The notes under the pieces were generated by a model. That model was not told the DNA's origin. It did no database searches and saw nothing but the letters and a program-made list of their open reading frames with translations. A program made the translations under genes and the position numbers. A DNA stretch of 64,000 nt, from positions 50,780,001 to 50,844,000 of the forward strand of contig NC_058382.1 of the NCBI RefSeq assembly GCF_018350175.1, written 5' to 3'. The DNA is from Felis catus (lineage: Eukaryota). Positions 13,514-27,428 of this stretch are shown piece after piece (position 1 is the stretch's first letter; every line of letters starts with the position of its first letter).

Positions 13514-14239
13514 CTGAAAATGAAATTTCTGATTAAAAAAATTTTTTAAAGCATACTCTGCATGGGAGACATAAATAGTAAATGTAAGCCTAGGAGTTAA
13601 AAAAAAAGTTTCCAGTAAAACTTTGAACCTAGAGAAAGTCTGGTAGCTACATGCAGTGAAGGTCAAGGTTCTCTCTTTGCTCTACCTTTCTCAATTCACC
13701 GGGAGAGCGTTAGATCCTTTCTCCTGTGGCATCCATTTCTTCTCGCTCCATTGATCAAAACTTAACTCTGCACTGTGAACAAAGATTAAATCAAAATGTC
13801 GAAGCTGGATATCCAAAGTCCAACATAACACTTTTTATCCAAAATTAAACAATCCTAGGAAATGAAGGCTAAGGTGTCATTCTGATATTGGAGGACATGG
13901 TGTGTTTGTGAATGTTTACTGGTGAACGCCTAATGTCAGCTTTAGACTTTTTTTTTTTTTGCCTCTTGTGCTAATCTAATTCCCTAGAGATGAATATTTA
14001 AATATTTTGTCTGTGGAATTTAGCCTCACAAATTAAGCATTTATGAATTATAGACTAGAATCCTATTCATATTGTGAGATAATGAGACACAATGGCCTCC
14101 TCTTAATCATATTAGAGAGGCCAGGGCCCACTGTCTGGACATAAGTTGGATGGTCAATTTGTCTTGACCTGCTTTGAATTGAAAATTATTGTGCTAACGG
14201 GTGTCATTTGCTGGGATGATTTATAGCCTTCCTACACAG

Positions 14240-14797
14240 TGTTCCCACTGCTTAGTCATAACCTAGAATCTGTCTGCACAGACAGAACATCAAGCCATCC
14301 CTAGACTGGCCGGTGCTCAGAGAATTTACACTTCCGGAACGATTTACGCAAGAGCTGGATGTAAGACGCAGGTAGAATCAGTGTATTTACTCATTCAACA
14401 AAGAAGCGGCATACACTTAGTACACGCGGCAACTCTAGATTCCAGCCAGGTATTCACAAAGCAGAAAGCTTCACTGAGTTCTGTGTGTGGAATTTTTAGT
14501 GGGGCTTCATTAGGTAGTCATGATTTATTAAATCACTGGACATGAGATTGAACTCAATCTCCAAGGCCCCCCCCCCACCCCTCCTCCCAGAAGTCAAGGT
14601 AGCCCAAAGTTACAATGCTCTAAGCAGGGGTTGGTCTCTTTGGGGACCAGCCTCCATCCTGAAGCTAACTAGGGCTTGGCCATGAGTGCCCTCATTAGCA
14701 TAATAGATACACACCTGTCACTCTAATTCCAAGGGTTTTACAAAGTCTTTGCCTGGAACCAGAGGCAAAAAACAGAACAATTCTGTATTAGACCACA
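14240..14797. mobile_element. MER21-like LTR
   Basis: 'ggttggtctctttggggaccagcctccatcctgaagct' and 'ctcattagcata' motifs. Confidence 0.6.
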
Positions 14798-17700
14798 GAT
14801 GACGGCTCTAAAAATTTAGGATACGTGAGAGCTACAAAGGTGACTAGTTCAAGGTTCACCCTTTGTGGATACGAACGGAGGTTCAGAACTTCCTCTTTTT
14901 CAAGGGCATGTAAAGAATTCTACCTCGTTGATGAGTGTGGAAGTTGACATAATCACTTGAGAACAAGTATGTGGCACTAGCCACTAACCCTAAGCATACG
15001 AATACCCCTGATTTAGCAAATCCACTTCTGGGTAAACACCTGATAAAAGTGTCCACTGTCAGGAAAAAATGACACATTTGAAATGCACACACACCCACAC
15101 CAAAGATTACTGGGTTTCGGTCCAGGTCACCCTCTCCATCTTCTAATTCATTGTTTTTGAGCTATTTTCTAATCTACCGGTGCTAAGAAACTAAAGTTCT
15201 GTAAGTTATCGTTTTTCCAGAATAATTTAATGGATTTAATTTTGTGTAATGCAATAGATTATTGTCCTGTAAATGATGACAAGTTTAGCATTTACACATA
15301 AATTCATTTCCACATTCCCGATTGCCTGTATATGGGTAAATTGTTTGAATTCTCCTTTGAACCAATGGAACATCTTGCTGGCCTCCTAACTGAGTTATAT
15401 AAAATCTATGGCATGTGGGTTTTTTTTACATTTGCATGAAACTTATGATTTTGCCCTTTAAAAAAATTGTATCAATTGCCACCACCAAAACCAAATGGTG
15501 GAAAACTTATAGAAATATTACATATATGTGGGTGAGAAAGGGTTAACATTGAGTCTGCAACTCTCTTTCATCCTCCTTTAAACACACTGATGGAATTTAC
15601 TACCTTGAAGATAAATGGCAGTCTTCTGGGGCTGCTGTATACTGATTTCTTACCTTATTTTTTAGCATGCTACACCTGGTCTGTCTGGGTTGTATATTGT
15701 ACATAAGGCTCCAGCAGGGATGTGCAGGGGCTGGGAGTCTTCACTTCATCCCTCTGAACCCAAAAAGCAATCTTGGTGTAGAAGACAAGTTGACCTATGG
15801 AGCCGCATCTAGAAAGAGGCAAAGTAGTGCTTACTTCTGACATTAGAGCATTTTATTAAAATCCTGCTGGATTCTGATCTGATACTCCTGGAGGTGTAAC
15901 TTTGTGGTCACAGTGTATTTGACTCACAATCCACAACTGATAAATGTGCAGGTAGTTTAGAGCTCAATAAAGTTAGAGGTTAACCAGAAAATATTGATAA
16001 TATAATTTATTGGCCTTTAGACAGCCAATCTTATACATAATTTAGCAATCTTAGACATATTTAGACATTTTCTTCTTGACTAACCAATCTCCTTCTTTCT
16101 CAGTTGTTAAGCGAGCTCTTAAAGTCTTGATGGTTCCCTCATTGATGAGTTGAATAAAATTTTGAGAATTGTGCTTTATATCCTATTATCATTAAAGGCT
16201 AAGTTAAAAAAAAAAGGCATCCTAATAAACTCGTAAAAATGGAGGTCATATATTTCATTACATACCATTAAATATTATTTAAATTTTAAATACTGTTTAA
16301 ATTTCACTATTTTTATGACTACATGTAACAGTTCTTCAACTGAAAAGTTTAGTCAAGAAATGTTCTTATAGGAAGACGAGTTCAATATTTATCTCAACAA
16401 CTTGGATTCATAGTTACGTTTTTAGGATATTTATGGTTGGGGCCACTGTGGACTTCTGTCTTTCTTATTTATGGTCCTAGTGGCAAATAACAGTTTTTTT
16501 AAGAAGCTACCTGTATCCATTTCTTCACACCAATAGCAATATTCACCTTAACAGAACTGTGTGCCTTTGTGGGGGGGTTAACATCTTAACTAAAGTTTTG
16601 TTTACAACAAGCAAAACAAAATAAAACAAAACCAAAAACCCTACATGTTGGTTTGGATGGGATATTTGAAGAAAATGTAGAAAGTGTTATCCAGAGTTAA
16701 AGAAGTTTGTTTTTGTTTTCCTTTCATGTCTTGCAATAAGTTCCATATTCTAGTCTTACATGTAAGGAGTGTGAATGTCATTACTTTCTATTAACAATAA
16801 GGAAAATAACTGAAAAAATCAAATCATCTCAGATCTGCCAGAGATAAGGTCGCTGGGCAAACCGATGCACCAAATTTGGAGACATAGATGGAAACAGAGA
16901 ATCACAACTTATCAGAGTGAAACCCACGAGCAGAAACTTTTGCTGGAACCAGAGCTAGGTTCCTTTTACCTCGTACATCATGTGCCAATGCCAAGAAAAA
17001 ATCTGAGAGTACTAAAAGGTCAAAATCTCAGTTTGAAGAAATAGAACAAGCATTAGAACCAGACTCATATGTCAGGGATGTTAAAATTAGCAGAGCAGGA
17101 ATTCAAAACAACTCTGTTAATGAAAAGAGATTATACAAGAACAGATGTGTAATGTAAGTAGTGATGGAAATAGTGATGGAAATTCTCAGAATCAATTAAA
17201 AATATGAGAGATCAATAACACTGTCACAGAAAGGACACAACTGAGGAAAGACTCTCTGAACTTGAGGACATTTCGATAGAATCTTCCAAAACTAAAAAGC
17301 AAAGAAAACAAACAAACAAAACCCCAAAAAACCCATGCCACAGAATATGCAAGAACCCTAGGGCAACTACAAAAGATGTGATACTTGCATATGGGGAATA
17401 CCAGAAAAAAGTAACAGAAGAAATATATGAACCAATAATGCATGAGAATTTCCAAATATTAATGTTGGACCTCAAACTACCAATCTAGGCAGCTTGGTGA
17501 AATAAATGTAAAACAGCATAAATATAAAACAAATAAATATAAAACAAAAAGTTAGATTTAGGCATACCCTATCCAAACTTCAGAAAATCAAAGATAAAGA
17601 AAAACCTTTAAAAAAGCCCAGAGGATAAAAATACCTTATCTAGAGAGGATCAGAGGATTAGATCTGATTCTCAGAAACGATGCAAGCAAGAGGAGAACGA

Positions 17701-17862
17701 AGTGAAATATTTAAAGTGTGGAGAGAGGGAAAATGTCACCAATCTAAAATTCTTTACCCTGTGAAATTATCCTTCAGCATTTAAAGAGAAATACTTCCTC
17801 ACACAAGCAAAAGTTGAGCAAATGTTTTGCCAGTAGATTTGCTTTGCAAGAAGTATTAAATT

Positions 17863-19118
17863 TTCACAAAGTGAGTATTGAGGGAAGGTATCTCAATATA
17901 GTAAAGAACATATCCAAAGTTAACATCATACTCAATGATATAAAGTTGAAAGATTTTCATCTAAGATCAGGAACAAGACAAGGATGCCCACTCTCACCAC
18001 TTTTATTCAATATAATATTGGAAATCCTAGCCACGGCAATTAAGAAAGAAAAAGAAAGGCATTAAAATTGGAAAAGAAGTAAAACTGTCACTATTTGCAG
18101 ATGACATGGTACTATATATATTAAATAATTCTTAAGACTCCACCAAAAAACTATTAGAATAAATTAATTCAGTAGAGTCACAGGATATAATAACATACAG
18201 AAATTGGTTGCACTTCTCTACACTAAAAATAAGTTATCAGAATGAGAAATTAACAAAACAATCCCATTTACATTTACACCAAACAGAATAAAATACCTAG
18301 GAAGAAATTTAATCAAGGAGGTGAAAGACCTGTACTCTCAAAACTCTGAGACACTGATAAAAGAAACTGAACCTGGCCCAACTAGAAAGATACACCGTGT
18401 TCGTGAATTGGAAGAATACTATTGAAATGTCCATACTACCCAAAGCAATATACATATTCAGTGCAATCCTTGTCAAAATATCAGTGACATTTTTTACAGA
18501 ACTATAACAGAGAATGCTGAAGTTTGCATGGAGCCACAAAACACCCTGAAGAGCCAAAGCAAACTTGAGAAAGCAGAACAAAGCTGGAGGTATCATGCGC
18601 TCTGATTTCAAACTATGCTACAAAGTTGTACTAATCAAAAAGGTATGGTAATGGCACAGAAACAGACACACAGATCAGAGGATAGAGAGCCCAGAGATAA
18701 ATCTATGATTATATGGTCAATTAATCTATGACAAAGGAGGCAAGAATATACAGTGGGGAAAAGACCATCTCTTCAATAAATGGTGCTGGGAAAATTGAAC
18801 CACTATATTATACTGTATACAAAAATGAATTCAAAATGGATTAAAGACTTGTATGTAAGATCTAAAACTATAAAATTCCTAGAAGAAACCATAGACAGTG
18901 GACTCTTTGACATTAATCTTAGCAATTTTTTTTTGTTTATTTTTGGATCACCCTTCTCAGGCAAGGGCAACAAAGGCTAAAATAAATGAGATTAGATGAA
19001 ACCAAAAACTTTTTGCACAGGGAAGGAAACCATGAAGAAAACGAAAAGGCAACCTATGAATGGAAGAAGATATTTTCAAATCATATATCCTAAATACATA
19101 AAGAACTTGTAGAGCTTA

Positions 19119-19171
<53 letters not shown>

Positions 19172-19659
19172 GTATATATCAACCCAATTAATAAATGGAC
19201 AAAAGACTTGAAGACATTTTTTCCAAAGAGGACATTAGATGGCCAACAGACACATGACATGATGCTCAACATCACTCATCATCAGGGAAATGCAAATCAA
19301 AACTACAGTGAGCTATCATCTCCTATCTTTCAGATTACCTATTATAAAAAAAACAACAACAAAATAACAAGTGCAGCCAGGATGTGGAGAAAAGGGAATC
19401 CTTGTACACTGTTGGTGGGAATGTGCATTAGTGTAGTCACTATGGAAAATGGTATGGAGGTTCCTTTAAAAAGTTAAAAAGAGAATTACTATGTGAACCA
19501 GAAATTCCACTTCTTGGGTATTTATCTGCAGAAAATGAAAACACCAGTTCAAAGAGATACATGCACCCCTATGTTCACTGCAGCATTTATTTACAACAGT
19601 GAAGATACGGAAGCAATGTAAGTGTCCATCCATAGATGAATGGTTAAAGATATGGTATA

Positions 19660-19717
<58 letters not shown>

Positions 19718-20006
19718 CGATGGAATGAAATCTTACCATGTGTGACAACATGGATGGAACTAGAGGGTATTATACTGGGTGAAATAAGTCAGACACAGGA
19801 AGACAAATAATGTCTGATTTCAATTACATGTGGAAACTGAAAAACAGAACAGATGAATGAACAAAACCGAAACAGACTCACAGATATAGGAAACAAACTA
19901 TAGTTACCAGAGGGGAGACGCTGGTGGCAGATGAAGGTGAAGGGGATTAAGAGGTACAAACTTCTAGTTATAAAAGAAAAAGTCATGGGGATGTAATGTA
20001 CAGCAT
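17863..20006 (+). mobile_element. 5'-truncated LINE-1 (ORF2 RT to C-terminus, partial 3' UTR), decayed
   Basis: Translates to RSGTRQGCPLSPLLFNIILEILA and 'ctatttgcagatgacatg' (LFADDM); many stops and frameshifts. Confidence 0.95.
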
Positions 20007-20060
20007 GTTAAAAGTTCTTAAGAGATTAATAAAATGATACAGGTCACAAACTGAGATGCA

Positions 20061-20227
20061 GGGGTGTCTGGGTGGCTCAGTCAGTTAAGTGTTCGACTTC
20101 AGGTCAGGTCATGATCTCATGGTTCATGAGGTCGAGCCCTGTGTCGGGCTCTGTGCTGACAGCTCAGAGCCCAGAGCCCTCTTCAGATTCTGTGTCTCCC
20201 TCTCTCTCTGCCCCTCCCCTGCTTTCA

Positions 20228-20269
<42 letters not shown>

Positions 20270-20292
20270 AATAAACATTAAAAAAAAAAAAA
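20061..20292 (+). mobile_element. CanSINE
   Basis: Full body, (CT)n, A tail; agatgca on both flanks. Confidence 0.95.
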
Positions 20293-21055
20293 CCTCAGAT
20301 GCACATAAAGAAAGAGCATCAGAGAAGGAATACGTGAAGGCAAAATAAAAACGTTTCCTTCTCTTATTCTGAATTAATCTAACAGATAACTGCTTAAAAT
20401 CACAGCAACAACCTATGTGATTATGTATGTTTATGTGTTTGTAGTTACTTAGGTACAAATGAAATGAATGGCAGCAATAATGCAAAGGATAGGGAGAAAA
20501 AATAGGATTAATTGTCATTAGGAGGGCATCCCTAACACAGCATCAAACTACAGGAAGCTAAAACTGATAGAAACGCAAGGAGAAAGAGATAGATCCGTTG
20601 TCAAAGTTGGACGAATTCCTCTATGAGTTTAACATTCCTCTATGAGAAGTGGCAAGATTCTGCAGGCAAAAAGGTAGTAAGGACATACTGAATTCAACAC
20701 ATCAGACACTGGATGTAATATTGTCTGCAGACCGCTTCATCCAACAGCAGCAGTTACGGAAGCTCCCAGGGAACATTCACCCAGGGAGACCACATTCTGG
20801 GCCGTAACACATCCTAACAAATTTGAAAGAAGAGAAACCATACAATGTCGGCTCTCTGACCACGATGGAATTTAACTAGAAATCAGTACCAGAAGGAGAG
20901 CTGAAAAATCCCCTTAATTGGGAGACTGAAAAAGACACTTGTACCACGCAGGTCAAAGAAGAGATCCCAAGAGAAAGTTAAACATATTCTGAACTAAATG
21001 AACATGAAAACACAACTTGCCCAAATCTGTGGGATGTAGTCAAAGCAGTGCTTTC

Positions 21056-21340
21056 GCCCATCCGAATCATCCTCTTCGTGGAACAGCACAGAGACCCGCT
21101 GTCGCTCCTCCTCCCCCTGGGTCCTCGTGGTGTCTTGGGCTTTCAGGCCAGCTGCCCGCTGAGCTCCATCACGCAACAACACCGGCTTCCCCTGCACGAC
21201 ACTTACGTGGTCGGAGCTGAGGACGCTGCAAGCATACACAGGTTCCTGTCCACCCTCAGGTTTCAGCACATGTTCGTGGGTCCCACCTTGTCCACGATGA
21301 GCCCACTCTTCACTTTTCTTCCTTAACTGCCTGACATGTT
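21056..21340 (-). other. GC-rich insert of unknown origin, possible retrocopy fragment
   Basis: Abrupt compositional switch inside AT-rich L1; stop-free frame on both strands in the same codon register; protein not recognised. Confidence 0.35.
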
Positions 21341-21564
21341 GGGGCGCCTGGGTGGCTCAGTTGGTTAAGCGTCCGACTTCGGCTCAGGTCACGATCTCGC
21401 GGTATGTGAGTTCGAGCCCCGCCTCGGGCTCTGTGCTGACGGCTCAGAGCCTGGAGCCTGTTTCAGGTTCTGTGTCTCCCTCTCTCTCTGACCCTCCCCG
21501 TTCATGCTCTGTCTCTCTCTGTCTCAAAAATAAATAAACGTTAAAAAAAAATTAAAAAAAAAAA
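21341..21564 (+). mobile_element. young CanSINE, no evident TSD
   Basis: Near-consensus body; flanks 'ctgcctgacatgtt' and 'gactggatatt' do not match. Confidence 0.95.
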
Positions 21565-21614
21565 GACTGGATATTTCCCTCAACCTTCAGGAAAAATACA
21601 AAACGTTTACTCTC

Positions 21615-21813
21615 TTTTTTTTTTTTAAGAGAGTGTGAGCAAGCAAGCAAGTGGGGGGGGGGGAGGGGCCGAGGAGGAAAGAGAGAGACTCTTAAGCAGG
21701 CTCCTTGCCCAGTGCCTACCCCAATGAAGGGCTCGATCCCACACCCCTGGGATCAGACCCGAGCTGAAATCTAGAGGCAGACACTCAACCGACTGAGCTA
21801 CCCAGGTGCCCCA
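21615..21813 (-). mobile_element. CanSINE
   Basis: Antisense body; degenerate TSD aaaa(c/t)gtt(t/c)actct. Confidence 0.9.
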
Positions 21814-21944
21814 AAATGTTCACTCTTACAATTCCTTTCACTGTTGTGCTGGAGCTGCTAGCCAAAGAAATATGGTTAAAGAAATAAAAGGCACACTGCT
21901 GGAAATGAAGATCCGGAACCGTCTTTACAAACAGCCTGGTCACT

Positions 21945-22166
21945 GGGGCGCCCGGGTGGCTCCGTCGGTGGGGCGTCCGACTTCAGTTCAGGTCATGATC
22001 TCGCAGTCCCCGAGTTCAAGCCCCGCGTCGGGCTCTGTGCTGACAGCTCAGGGCCTAGAGCCTGCTTCGGAGTCTGTGTCTCCCTCTCTCTGACCCTCCC
22101 CTGTTCATGCTCGCTCTCTGTCTCAAAAATAAATAAATGTTAAAAACAACAACAACAACAAAAAAC
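21945..22166 (+). mobile_element. CanSINE
   Basis: Full body; TSD cagcctggtca. Confidence 0.95.
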
Positions 22167-22539
22167 CAGCCTGGTCATCTATGTAGAAACTCCTAAAGAA
22201 TCTACATGAAAAAAGTACTAAAAAAAAGTGAGTTTAGCAAGCATACAGAATTTAAAACAAACAGGAAAAAGTACACTAAATATATGTGTAGGACTTGAAC
22301 TCCAGAAAAGAGAAGTGTAATCTATCCTGACAGAGAGTAGGTTACTGGTTGCCTGAGGCTGGCCCTTGGTATAGGTTTGACTGGGCAGGGTCCCAAAAGA
22401 ACCTCTTGAGGTGAAATTCTCTATCTGGAGGTGTTGGTGCTTATATTAATTAGTATGCACATTTTTTAAATTCATGTAAATCTGCACTTAACATGGAGGT
22501 ATTATGGAAATTATATTCCAATGCATTTTAGAAAGTTTT

Positions 22540-22653
22540 GTTTTTATTTAAAAAAGATTTTTTTAGTAATATCTACACCCGATGTGGGACTTAAACTCAT
22601 AACTCCAAGATCAAGAGTCACATGCTCTACTGACTGAGCCAGCCAGGAGCCCC
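22540..22653 (-). mobile_element. short CanSINE
   Basis: tRNA-like head followed directly by tail. Confidence 0.8.
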
Positions 22654-22881
22654 TCAGAAACATTTTAAAAATCACGTATCTAAATCCAATTTTAAGACTA
22701 CTGATAATCACTTTATAACAACATTCAAGAATATGTATGCTCACACTGTTACAAACACAGCCAGACTCCATTTAAATTTAGTAAGTTAAGTAATATGAAC
22801 TTGAACAAGTCCCTGATGTCTTTGGACATAGAATTTTACCTTCATATACTTTGGGATCTCATCTAGGAACAAAGGATCTAT

Positions 22882-23305
22882 GGGGCTGTTGAAAGAACTT
22901 TCTGTGATGATATAAATGTTCTGTATCTACTCTGTCCAGTATAATAGTCCAAAGCTACATGTGGTTATTGCATATTGAAAGATAACTACCTGGGGTTCTG
23001 CGTGGCTCAGCTGACTGAGTGTCCAACTCTTGATTTTGGCTCGGGTAATGATCTCACGGGACGTGGGATCAAGCCCCGCGTCGAGCTCTGCACTGACTGC
23101 GTGGAGCCCGCTTGGGATTCTCTCTCTCCCTCTCTCTTCACCTCTTCCCCACTTGCACTTCTCTCTTTCCTGATTAATTTAAAAAAAAATTACAAAGAAT
23201 AAAGAAAGATTACTACCAAGCTAGGAAGCTATTTAGCAGCATTTGATTTTATTTAATTTAAACTTAAATAGCCATATGTGACTGGGGGCTACTATAACTG
23301 ACACC
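22882..23305. mobile_element. MER3-like hAT DNA transposon relic split by a CanSINE (22992-23203, +)
   Basis: 'agaactttctgtgatgatataaatgttctgtatcta' resembles MER3; SINE TSD gaaagat(a/t)actacc. Confidence 0.7.
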
Positions 23306-23552
23306 CCGAAATAGTCTTTTTTATCTGAATCTAGTGAGTCTACAGCTATAACAGTATTTTAAAAAATCATCTCTTAAGTAACCTCAACGTTTTATTATAA
23401 TTAGCTCGCACGAATAGTCTGTGATACAGTGTGAATTACAGAAGATACAATGCCACTACAGGGATGGATGGCAAATATATTGACCATAAATAAGCTGTTT
23501 AATTGGGAGGTGTGCAATTTCTGACTCCTGTTTGTGTCATCACACACACAAC

Positions 23553-23584
23553 CTGCTGGTTGGATCAATTTCACCAAGTGTAGC
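23553..23584 (-). CDS. candidate 32-nt exon
   Basis: Strong acceptor gtttttcttctttcccag, weak donor CAG|gttgtg; ATLGEIDPTS. Confidence 0.2.
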
Positions 23585-25196
23585 CTGGGAAAGAAGAAAA
23601 ACTACTCAGCTACATTTTAAATGGTGATCACTGTAGGTAAACAAGAACAATGGTGTTAAATTATTTTCAGAGGAGCGAAATATAGAAAGACTTGCATTTG
23701 GAGAACACCACCCAGTGAGCTTAGCGGCACGTTTTTGACAGTTTGCCTGACTTTGCTCATCCCTGGAAGTTGGCTCATTAAAATACTTTCTCCGCAGATC
23801 TGCTCCTCTTCTACCGTGTTTTACGACGTGCACAGCAGCCTTAAAGGTGAACGCTCATTTTCAAACAGACCTTCCTATAAGAAACAATGCTGAAAAATAA
23901 TATTCTGGTTTTTTTGAGATGTGTGAATCAAGACCTCAAAGTACACGTCATCAACTGACTTGCCTTTAATACACCTACAAATCTTCACCTTGTAGGAAAC
24001 AGAGTGATAAAAAAGGAGTCCCTGACATAACCTGCAATGTTTTACTGTCATTTACGGTCTGATTCATCCTTACGAAATGTCTACCCTATACACAGGGCAA
24101 GTTGAAATTAAACTTTTATTGTTCAGGTGAGTCTGGACTCAAAGGATTTGTTCCCATAGAGGAAAATTAAGGTTCCGTCTAGAAACTGTACTTAACTATA
24201 TACACATATACATTCCATTATATATATTTATACTTCTACATGTGTATGAAATATGTCCACTAAAGCCTTATGGAATTAAATGCACAGATCGCACATAACA
24301 TGTAATAAATGACATGTGTGGACAACATAATGTAAAACAGTTTACACACATCTTCCAAGCAACACAGCTCTTGTGAGAGCCTCATTTACATAACAGTCCC
24401 ATGGTCAAATGGAACAGAGAATTGCTGTCTACCTTCCCTCTGGGACATGCACTGGGCACTTGTGTACCCTGAAGCACCTGAACTCTTACACAACAGTGGA
24501 AAGTGGATAATGTTGTCCAACCAAAGAGTTTATAAACGTATTTGGCCAAAGTACCCCTTTCTACTAAAACACTTACTGTGAACCAGCTCTAACACTCATG
24601 GTCCAAAGAACACACTTTGGGGAAAATCATCACGGAAAGCTCCATTCATTTTTCACTATAGGTTACAATACTCATTTCAGTACTGATTCAAATGCAATGG
24701 CCATAACTTACGATGTTTATTCTATTTTCCTAAGTTTGTGGCAGCCTTACCTAACATGTGTCTTCCTATATTTAGCCAAAACGGATTCCAATATAATAAT
24801 ATTTGCATGCATTTTTCATTGAAAATTACATCTTTGCACGCACGTGAGCTTATGCATATATTGTAATACATTCTGTATGAAAGCATACTTTTATATGTTA
24901 TTTGTGACCTTATAGATGAAAAGATTCTATGTATAGTGAATGAACTGCAGTTTCCTGTTGACTGAAATGTACAAATAAACAGGAGACAAACTGCAAAAAA
25001 GATGCCCTGGCCTTTGGGGCTTCTCCTAATTTCTTATTGTCTAACTATGTGCCTGGCTGAGTGAGTTCATCTTTCTAATTTTTATATGCAAAAGAAGGAT
25101 AGAAGACATTAAAGTAATTTATCTATGTATTATCCTGTTATAAAATGAATCTCAAGGGATTTCCAGACATACCTTTTCTTACGTATAAAAAGATTT

Positions 25197-25408
25197 AGGG
25201 GTGCTTAGGTGCATCAGTTAAGTGTCCGACTTCAGCTTAGGCCATGATCTTGTGGTGTGTGAGTTCAAGTCCCACGTCGGGATCTGGGCTGACAGCTCAG
25301 AGCCTGGAGCCTGCCTGGGTTTCTGTGCCTCCCTCTCTCTGCCCCTCCCCCACTCATGTTCTGTCTTTCTGTCAAAAATAAATAAACATTAAAAAAAATT
25401 TTTTAAAA
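25197..25408 (+). mobile_element. CanSINE
   Basis: Full body and tail; taaaagat-like flanks. Confidence 0.92.
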
Positions 25409-26782
25409 GATATTATGAGAATATACATCTCACGTAGAAGATAAACATACAAATGGTTAAAGGGAAAATATTAGCACGAAGATAAAAAACTGAAGCAAGG
25501 CTGAGGAAGACAATCAGTTCGTCCCTAAAAATGCTTTTCATTCTAATATTCTAGGATGCTATATTTGAAAATGAGTATATGATTTATTTTACTTGAGTTT
25601 TACTGGCTGTTTTCACGCTTTCCTAGTATAGCATCTAGCGACTAGATAAATGTGCTGTAAAAATGCATCTTTAAAGGAAATTATACTCTGAATTTATTTA
25701 AATCAGAGTATATTTTACAAGAATTGTTTTCAGGACTTGAGGAAAATTAAATAAAACTGCAATATTTAGGAATTTACTTTGTATCTCTGAATATTAAATA
25801 AGTTCATTCCACACTGCTTATAAATTTATATGCACATTCAAATTCTGTATTTGATTAATATGTATTTTACTGAGTCTTCATTGCTTCATAATTATTCTCT
25901 GTTTTGGCGAAAATTATTCTTTGAAGTCACAGATTGAAAAAACAAGCTCAATATCTCATTTATTTTTTGGTTTTCTTCCTTCATCATACTATTTATTTTA
26001 GGAATATTCTCCTACAGATGTTTCCATTGTATGAACATCTTTTAGTTTACTACTTGTTACTTTTATGCTTTATTACTTTTATTTAGAGGAAATAAACTCA
26101 TTGATCCTCCTTATGTATATTTGAGCCCCTCTTCATAACATTACATGACAACGGGGTTATAAATAGGACTCATCCCTTATGCATTTCTGGGTGATATTAT
26201 TCTCAGCACACACTCTGGACAGACACCATCATAAGATAATTCAGTGTATCTAAAAAGATGGATTCTATCAATGTAGCAAGGTCTGCTCTGGGTGCCAGAC
26301 AAGTGTTTTGGCTCCTATTCCTCTGTATTTCTTCTCTCTGCTTCAGTATTCCAAACCTACTGTATTATCTGCTTTCATGGTCTTCTTCAGATGGATGTTA
26401 TTTTGTTTGGATTACATATTCTATGATTTAACAATGAGATTGTACACGTTCACAAATTTTTTTTAAAAATTCAATGAAAATATAGGAAGTAGAAATACCT
26501 AAACAGTTCTAACTTATTCTCTTTCAATAGCGATAATAAACCTTGTACATATATTTTTACTTTGGCACTGGATGGCATTTGCTTGGACAGACGGAGAAGG
26601 TATATAATTCAGAGATATCACCCAATTTCAATTTACTATGTGCTAGGCACTGTGATGAGGGATTAACACGTAAGCTGTAACACTTACCTCTCATAGAAGC
26701 ATTTTAGAGATTCTGGAAAAAAAAAGGAGATGCATGGGGATTAATTAACTTCCCAAACCACAGCCTCAGCAAGGCAACGAAC

Positions 26783-26798
26783 GCACACACACACGCGC

Positions 26799-26831
<33 letters not shown>

Positions 26832-26839
26832 CACACACA
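26783..26839. repeat. interrupted (CA)n microsatellite
   Basis: Read directly. Confidence 0.9.
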
Positions 26840-27369
26840 TGCATAGCCAAAAGATACAGCTACTTGTATGCTTGGTAATTAACCTATGATTTTTCCTCTA
26901 CCATCTCTAGTCTAGTACAACTAAAGGTAATTGCAAAATAAATATATAAATTTAGCTGTGGGAGTTTTGAGCCAGTAGATTTCCATGACCGGGAGAAATT
27001 AATCATGTTTGGGAAAGTAGAGTGGGTTGGCAAAGAGTTGATAGAAAAAAAGAACCCTGAGTTCCTTCAAGAGATAAAAATTTTACGGTGATGAAAATGT
27101 GCTCAGTTATAAAATGCTTTCAAATGTATTGGCTTTTTGATAATGCAAATAGCAGATGAAAAGCAGTTGGGCCTACTGAAATGCAGAGCCTCACATACAT
27201 TCTTCCATGTTTTTGTAATGGAAGTAAATAATAAATTAGGATTTGGCTTAATTTAATTTTAGGCAAATTGCACAGATATTTCATATTTAGTCCACAAAAC
27301 AGGATTCTACAGTATCTTCCCAGAGATGTTGATGTAGAGATTAATCTAGTGTGTTTTAGTACTCAGTAT

Positions 27370-27388
27370 TTTTGTTTATGTATTTATT

Positions 27389-27428
<40 letters not shown>

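Larger units (their letters stand above)
16745..22520 (+). mobile_element. fragmented old LINE-1 (5' region/ORF1, ORF2 pieces, 3' end) interrupted by later insertions
   Basis: ORF1-like stretch about 17030-17860, EN-region sequence about 20520-21055, RT-region remnants about 21565-22260, in colinear order. Confidence 0.75.

Noticed and set aside
21056..21340. Naming the insert as an eIF1A, Elongin B or antizyme retrocopy
   Set aside because: Only faint remembered resemblance over a few residues; not supportable without a search.
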